From assembly GCA_037308085.1 (NCBI GenBank), contig CP147779.1:2744652-2808651 (forward strand): a stretch of DNA of 64,000 nt. Reading direction: 5' to 3'. This stretch comes from Promethearchaeati archaeon SRVP18_Atabeyarchaeia-1. Its GTDB lineage: Archaea > Asgardarchaeota > Atabeyarchaeia > Atabeyarchaeales > Atabeyarchaeaceae. Below the pieces are notes generated by a model. It was not told the DNA's origin. It did not search any database and saw nothing but the letters and a program-made list of their open reading frames with translations. Positions 60,361 to 64,000 of this stretch are shown in pieces (position 1 is the first letter of the stretch; each line of letters starts with the position of its first letter). Both the position numbers and the translations under genes were made by a program.

Positions 60361-60425
60361 GCGAGGTTACGTCCTCCTCTCTCTGATAGTTCTGCCCTGA
60401 CTAGAATGAAGGCGCTGTCCGTCTA

Positions 60426-63400
60426 TTATGATTTTCTAGCGCGCATTCGTTCCCCGCTTTGCTGTTTCAGAAGGTTAGCCACTAGATCTATTGAACTCTG
60501 AGCCAAGTACCTCATATTGGACTCTGCAAAGTCGTTTCTGTTGAACCGCCCAAGCCTCGCGTATTTCTTATAGGTTTCTTCGAGTGTGTGTAGGGCCGTT
60601 TCGCACGGGACTGAGATTCGCTTCTGCGTTAATTGCTTCATGATTCCCGTTAGAATGCTATCACTGCGACCCTTGGTAGCAGGAGCTTTCCCAGGGTTTT
60701 TTGCGAGGCTTGTATCTTCCACCGCCATGAGGAGGTCCGACATCATATTTACGGCTATCATATATGCCGCGGGGACGACTTCTCGGTAGGATCCCATTCG
60801 GTATAGTTCTCTCAGTCTGCCTATATCTTCAATTCCTGATTCCGGTGATTCATGATCTGAGACAGATGCCGTGGCACAGGCAGGATTATCATCACAGGTT
60901 AAGGTCTCTTTCTCTGTATCCTGAGAGATGAACCAATCATAACCCTTTGGGAGAGGGAGGTCATAGATGTGCTTCATGGTCATCGTTCCGACGTAACCCC
61001 CAAGGACCATCATAGTTAGGGGAACCACCATGAACATTGATTGATATAGTACCAAACCGACTGCAAAAAACGCGTAACCGCCTAACAGCGTGCCTGAAGC
61101 TGCAAGTTGAGCCTTGATTCTCCTCGATCTCTCGATGAAGATGGCTACTGGCAATACTGCCGGCAGAAGGTATCCCAAAGCTAAGTTTGTAGCACCCAGA
61201 GAAACATATACCGCGGCGGGTTGCGACTCGACTATGACGGAACCATTTCTGATTAATGCGACTCTAATCTCACCTTCACCCCATGTGTAGGGAGATGAAG
61301 AAGTCTCTTCAACCTGCAAGGTGACTTGCTTCGTTTCTCCGGGGGAGATTGCCATGGTGACTTCTCCTACCAGCATCGCTCCGTGGCTGTCAATTCTCAG
61401 AGAGCAATTGACGACTATTGACCGGTAGCTTTTGACCTGGACATGCAGTTGAACCGATGAGAGCTGGTCTATCCTACTAGGTGCCTCTATGATGATCACC
61501 TCGTAAGCGGGGGCAATGCGGATTCTGATGAATTGGCTACATGCCACGTACTCCATTGTCGCTGGCATGGCTGTGAAGGTAAGGTTGTACTCTCCCACTC
61601 GAATTGTTTCTTTTGCCGTGATCGCCAAGGTCACATTGTTATATCCATGTCTTAGGGTTGCCACCATGCTTACTACTGATGAGATAGGCTCTCCGGTTAC
61701 GCCAAGGATCAGCATGTCTGGCTGCGTTGGCAAGAATGTCAGATTGAGTTCTATTCTGAGTGATTCACCTTGCGGCACAGTGATCTGGTCGTTCCCTTGG
61801 GCCACCCTGATTCTGGGACTCGATGTGAAAAGAGTAACAATTCTGGTCACCCCTTGACTTCCAAGATCAGTCGTCAAGATCATTCGGTGTTCCCCAATTT
61901 CCTTGACTAGTAGGCTGCTCGACTCAGAAACACCATTCTCATCAGTTACGCGGGTCTCGTTCAGAATGAGCCATCCACCAGGGGAAAACACTTTTAGGTC
62001 TACCGGGGTCGAGGAATCTCCTTCCCAGGTCAGAGAGTCTCTGACGGAGACTGAAATCTTCACGGAGTCCCCTACTAGCGGACTTCTCTCTGATAGTCTT
62101 GTTACCGTGACTGTTCTTGAGCCATTGATCAGCCAGACAACCGTGTTCTCTACTATGCTTCTGGCTACGCTCGTCATGCTCGATCCATTCTCTACTCCGA
62201 CCAGAGAAATGGGACCGCAGCTCCACTTGTCATCGTGCAGCAGGGCGAGCCAACCCCAGAGTTTGGAGAGGAGTGGAGTGTAGCCCAGCATTAGAAGCCC
62301 TGAGTAAGTATTCGACTCGTTTCTGACAAGGTAGTAGGAATTATCGACCGATTGTCCATCGAGAATTGTGTAGCTTAGGTGCGTGGAGTTCTCGATGGCG
62401 AGGCTGACGTTATTGGGTGAGTTGTAGACGGGATGAGAATCCAGGTCAGTTAATGAACTGCCGACGTATGCGATTAGGTCGTTATTCGATGAGTTCCCCT
62501 CGATGATTTCAACGTCCCTGAGGTTAAGGACTCTCAGTAGGTCGAGGCCAGTTTTGCCAAGTGAAACTATAGGTAATCTCCTTCCCTGTGTGTTGCACAG
62601 CGAGATTACTTGGAGAAGAAGGTCTGCAGGTGCCCCGCCTATTGAGGGATCTAAAACAATTAGATCGAAGTTGCTCACGATATTTGGGTTGAAGTTGATG
62701 GTAATGTAATTGTATTCCTTGAGTTCAAATCTCCCGTCAAAGTCGATGACTGAACTCCAGTCTCGTGAGTAGATCCTTTCACATTCGGGCATAACGCCAC
62801 TCGTAAGGAAAATGTAGGAAATGACAACCTTTGTGAAGTTGCATGCCACGTCAAAGTCTAGCTGCGACAAGGTGTCGAGACTAGTGTGCGTAGATGGATT
62901 CGGATAGTGACTTGACAGCGTGGCAACCGCAATTTTGGCTACGTCGAATACATCTTCGGTTCTGCAACGGATAGTCTTGACGTATGAATCACTTCTTGGT
63001 TCCCGCTCATCGTTCGCTGGAATTCCTAGAAGCGAGGCTACAGACGATATGTTAGAGGCGACGTTTGAGCCGCTACTGTGATGATATATCCCGATTGGGC
63101 CCCCATTCTTGTATGCCACTCCGTCCAAGTCAACAACTGCTACTATGTCTCTTAGCTCGGTTACGCCGGGATGTCCTGACGAGACCCAGTGCTTTGAACC
63201 TTGGCACATGAAATCCGGGTCGAGAGTCTTGTTACCCTCCTCGGCAGCAAATGCGATAAACACCAGATTGTACCTCAGACGATCCCTGAAAATGGAAAGA
63301 ATTCGAGCAGTCTCCAGCATGGCTCCGATTCCAGATGCATCATCATCGGCGCCTCTTGCTCCGATACTGTAGATGTTGAATGGATACTGGTAACCTATGG

Positions 63401-63932
63401 TGTCGTGGTGAGCGGTCAGAAGTATAGTCTCTGCTGTTTGATGAGTTGAGTTGATCCTCGCTATGATGCTAACTGCTCTTAGCAGCACCCCCTGATCGTT
63501 GAACGTGAAATTGTCGAATAACACGTCCTGGATGGAGCAGTTGATTCTGAAGAACTTCTGAATATAGGAGATTGCGCCAAGACTGCCTTGAGAGCCGGTG
63601 TACCTGTTGTCGAAGCCTGACAAGTAGCTCACGATCGACTCTATGGTGTTAGGATCGACTAGTTTCGCCATATGCTCGGCAATTGATAGAGGCGTGGTTA
63701 TGTTTGACAAATACAGTATTCGCGACTGGTCTAAAGTTGCTCCCAACCCAGTGGAATAATACGCCGTGGATCCTGGAAGGGTGCTTGTATCCAATGCTTT
63801 GGAAGTAGTGACTTGGTCGCGCAGGGAACCTCCGCTGGGTAGAACCTGCATCTGACTAGGCGTGGAGAAGGCTAGCATTGCGATGGTCATCAGTGATGCG
63901 AGGATGTAGAATGCCCTGCGCTTTCCTACCAA
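60426..63932 (-). CDS. Surface M28 metallopeptidase with Ig-like stalk, 3 TM and a cytoplasmic HEPN/DUF4129-like tail
   Basis: Signal anchor; 'AHHDT', 'GADDDASG', 'AEE', 'DLDGVA', 'HTSLDT'; beta-rich middle; 3 TM; tail 'GSYREVV..AY...ALHTLEETYKKYARLG'. Confidence 0.8.
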   Translation of the reverse strand: MVGKRRAFYILASLMTIAMLAFSTPSQMQVLPSGGSLRDQVTTSKALDTSTLPGSTAYYSTGLGATLDQSRILYLSNITTPLSIAEHMAKLVDPNTIESIVSYLSGFDNRYTGSQGSLGAISYIQKFFRINCSIQDVLFDNFTFNDQGVLLRAVSIIARINSTHQTAETILLTAHHDTIGYQYPFNIYSIGARGADDDASGIGAMLETARILSIFRDRLRYNLVFIAFAAEEGNKTLDPDFMCQGSKHWVSSGHPGVTELRDIVAVVDLDGVAYKNGGPIGIYHHSSGSNVASNISSVASLLGIPANDEREPRSDSYVKTIRCRTEDVFDVAKIAVATLSSHYPNPSTHTSLDTLSQLDFDVACNFTKVVISYIFLTSGVMPECERIYSRDWSSVIDFDGRFELKEYNYITINFNPNIVSNFDLIVLDPSIGGAPADLLLQVISLCNTQGRRLPIVSLGKTGLDLLRVLNLRDVEIIEGNSSNNDLIAYVGSSLTDLDSHPVYNSPNNVSLAIENSTHLSYTILDGQSVDNSYYLVRNESNTYSGLLMLGYTPLLSKLWGWLALLHDDKWSCGPISLVGVENGSSMTSVARSIVENTVVWLINGSRTVTVTRLSERSPLVGDSVKISVSVRDSLTWEGDSSTPVDLKVFSPGGWLILNETRVTDENGVSESSSLLVKEIGEHRMILTTDLGSQGVTRIVTLFTSSPRIRVAQGNDQITVPQGESLRIELNLTFLPTQPDMLILGVTGEPISSVVSMVATLRHGYNNVTLAITAKETIRVGEYNLTFTAMPATMEYVACSQFIRIRIAPAYEVIIIEAPSRIDQLSSVQLHVQVKSYRSIVVNCSLRIDSHGAMLVGEVTMAISPGETKQVTLQVEETSSSPYTWGEGEIRVALIRNGSVIVESQPAAVYVSLGATNLALGYLLPAVLPVAIFIERSRRIKAQLAASGTLLGGYAFFAVGLVLYQSMFMVVPLTMMVLGGYVGTMTMKHIYDLPLPKGYDWFISQDTEKETLTCDDNPACATASVSDHESPESGIEDIGRLRELYRMGSYREVVPAAYMIAVNMMSDLLMAVEDTSLAKNPGKAPATKGRSDSILTGIMKQLTQKRISVPCETALHTLEETYKKYARLGRFNRNDFAESNMRYLAQSSIDLVANLLKQQSGERMRARKS

Positions 63933-64000
63933 ACTAGTTCGCGCCCCTGAATCCAGCCCAGAGTTTCATTCCTAGAGTGCTGACATTGGTCGTGCGAGGG

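Noticed and set aside
1-64000. CRISPR array, cas genes or rRNA genes
   Set aside because: No regularly spaced direct repeats, cas motifs or rRNA signatures seen by eye.

Overview
Archaeal chromosomal segment of about 50% GC, very probably from an Asgard archaeon. The evidence is three Rab-like small GTPases, an arrestin/Vps26-fold protein, a longin-like fusion, an archaeal TyrRS, GGAGG/GGTGA ribosome-binding sites and TATA promoters. Most of the window is metabolic and housekeeping genes: peptidases, SDR and Gfo/Idh/MocA oxidoreductases, IlvD, BKACE and FAH, a TPP enzyme, TldDE, an FAD/Fe-S oxidoreductase cluster, a RACo activator and rmlB-D-A. A small decayed accessory patch holds a TnpB remnant and a VapBC pair. 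Features the ORF track does not show: (1) a tRNA-Tyr(GUA) gene (46259-46487, minus) split by four introns with BHB or relaxed BHB motifs into five exons, one only 6 nt long, which splices by hand to a canonical 75-nt tRNA; (2) membrane proteins with HEPN-like domains, one also with a PD-(D/E)XK-like N-terminus (57245-63932); (3) a LAGLIDADG intein in the active-site motif of RmlB; (4) three genes that appear to need non-canonical starts (ATT, ATA, CTG); (5) two unassigned structured intergenic RNA candidates (about 7020-7370 and 11105-11250). All protein family calls are by-eye motif recognition; no searches were run.
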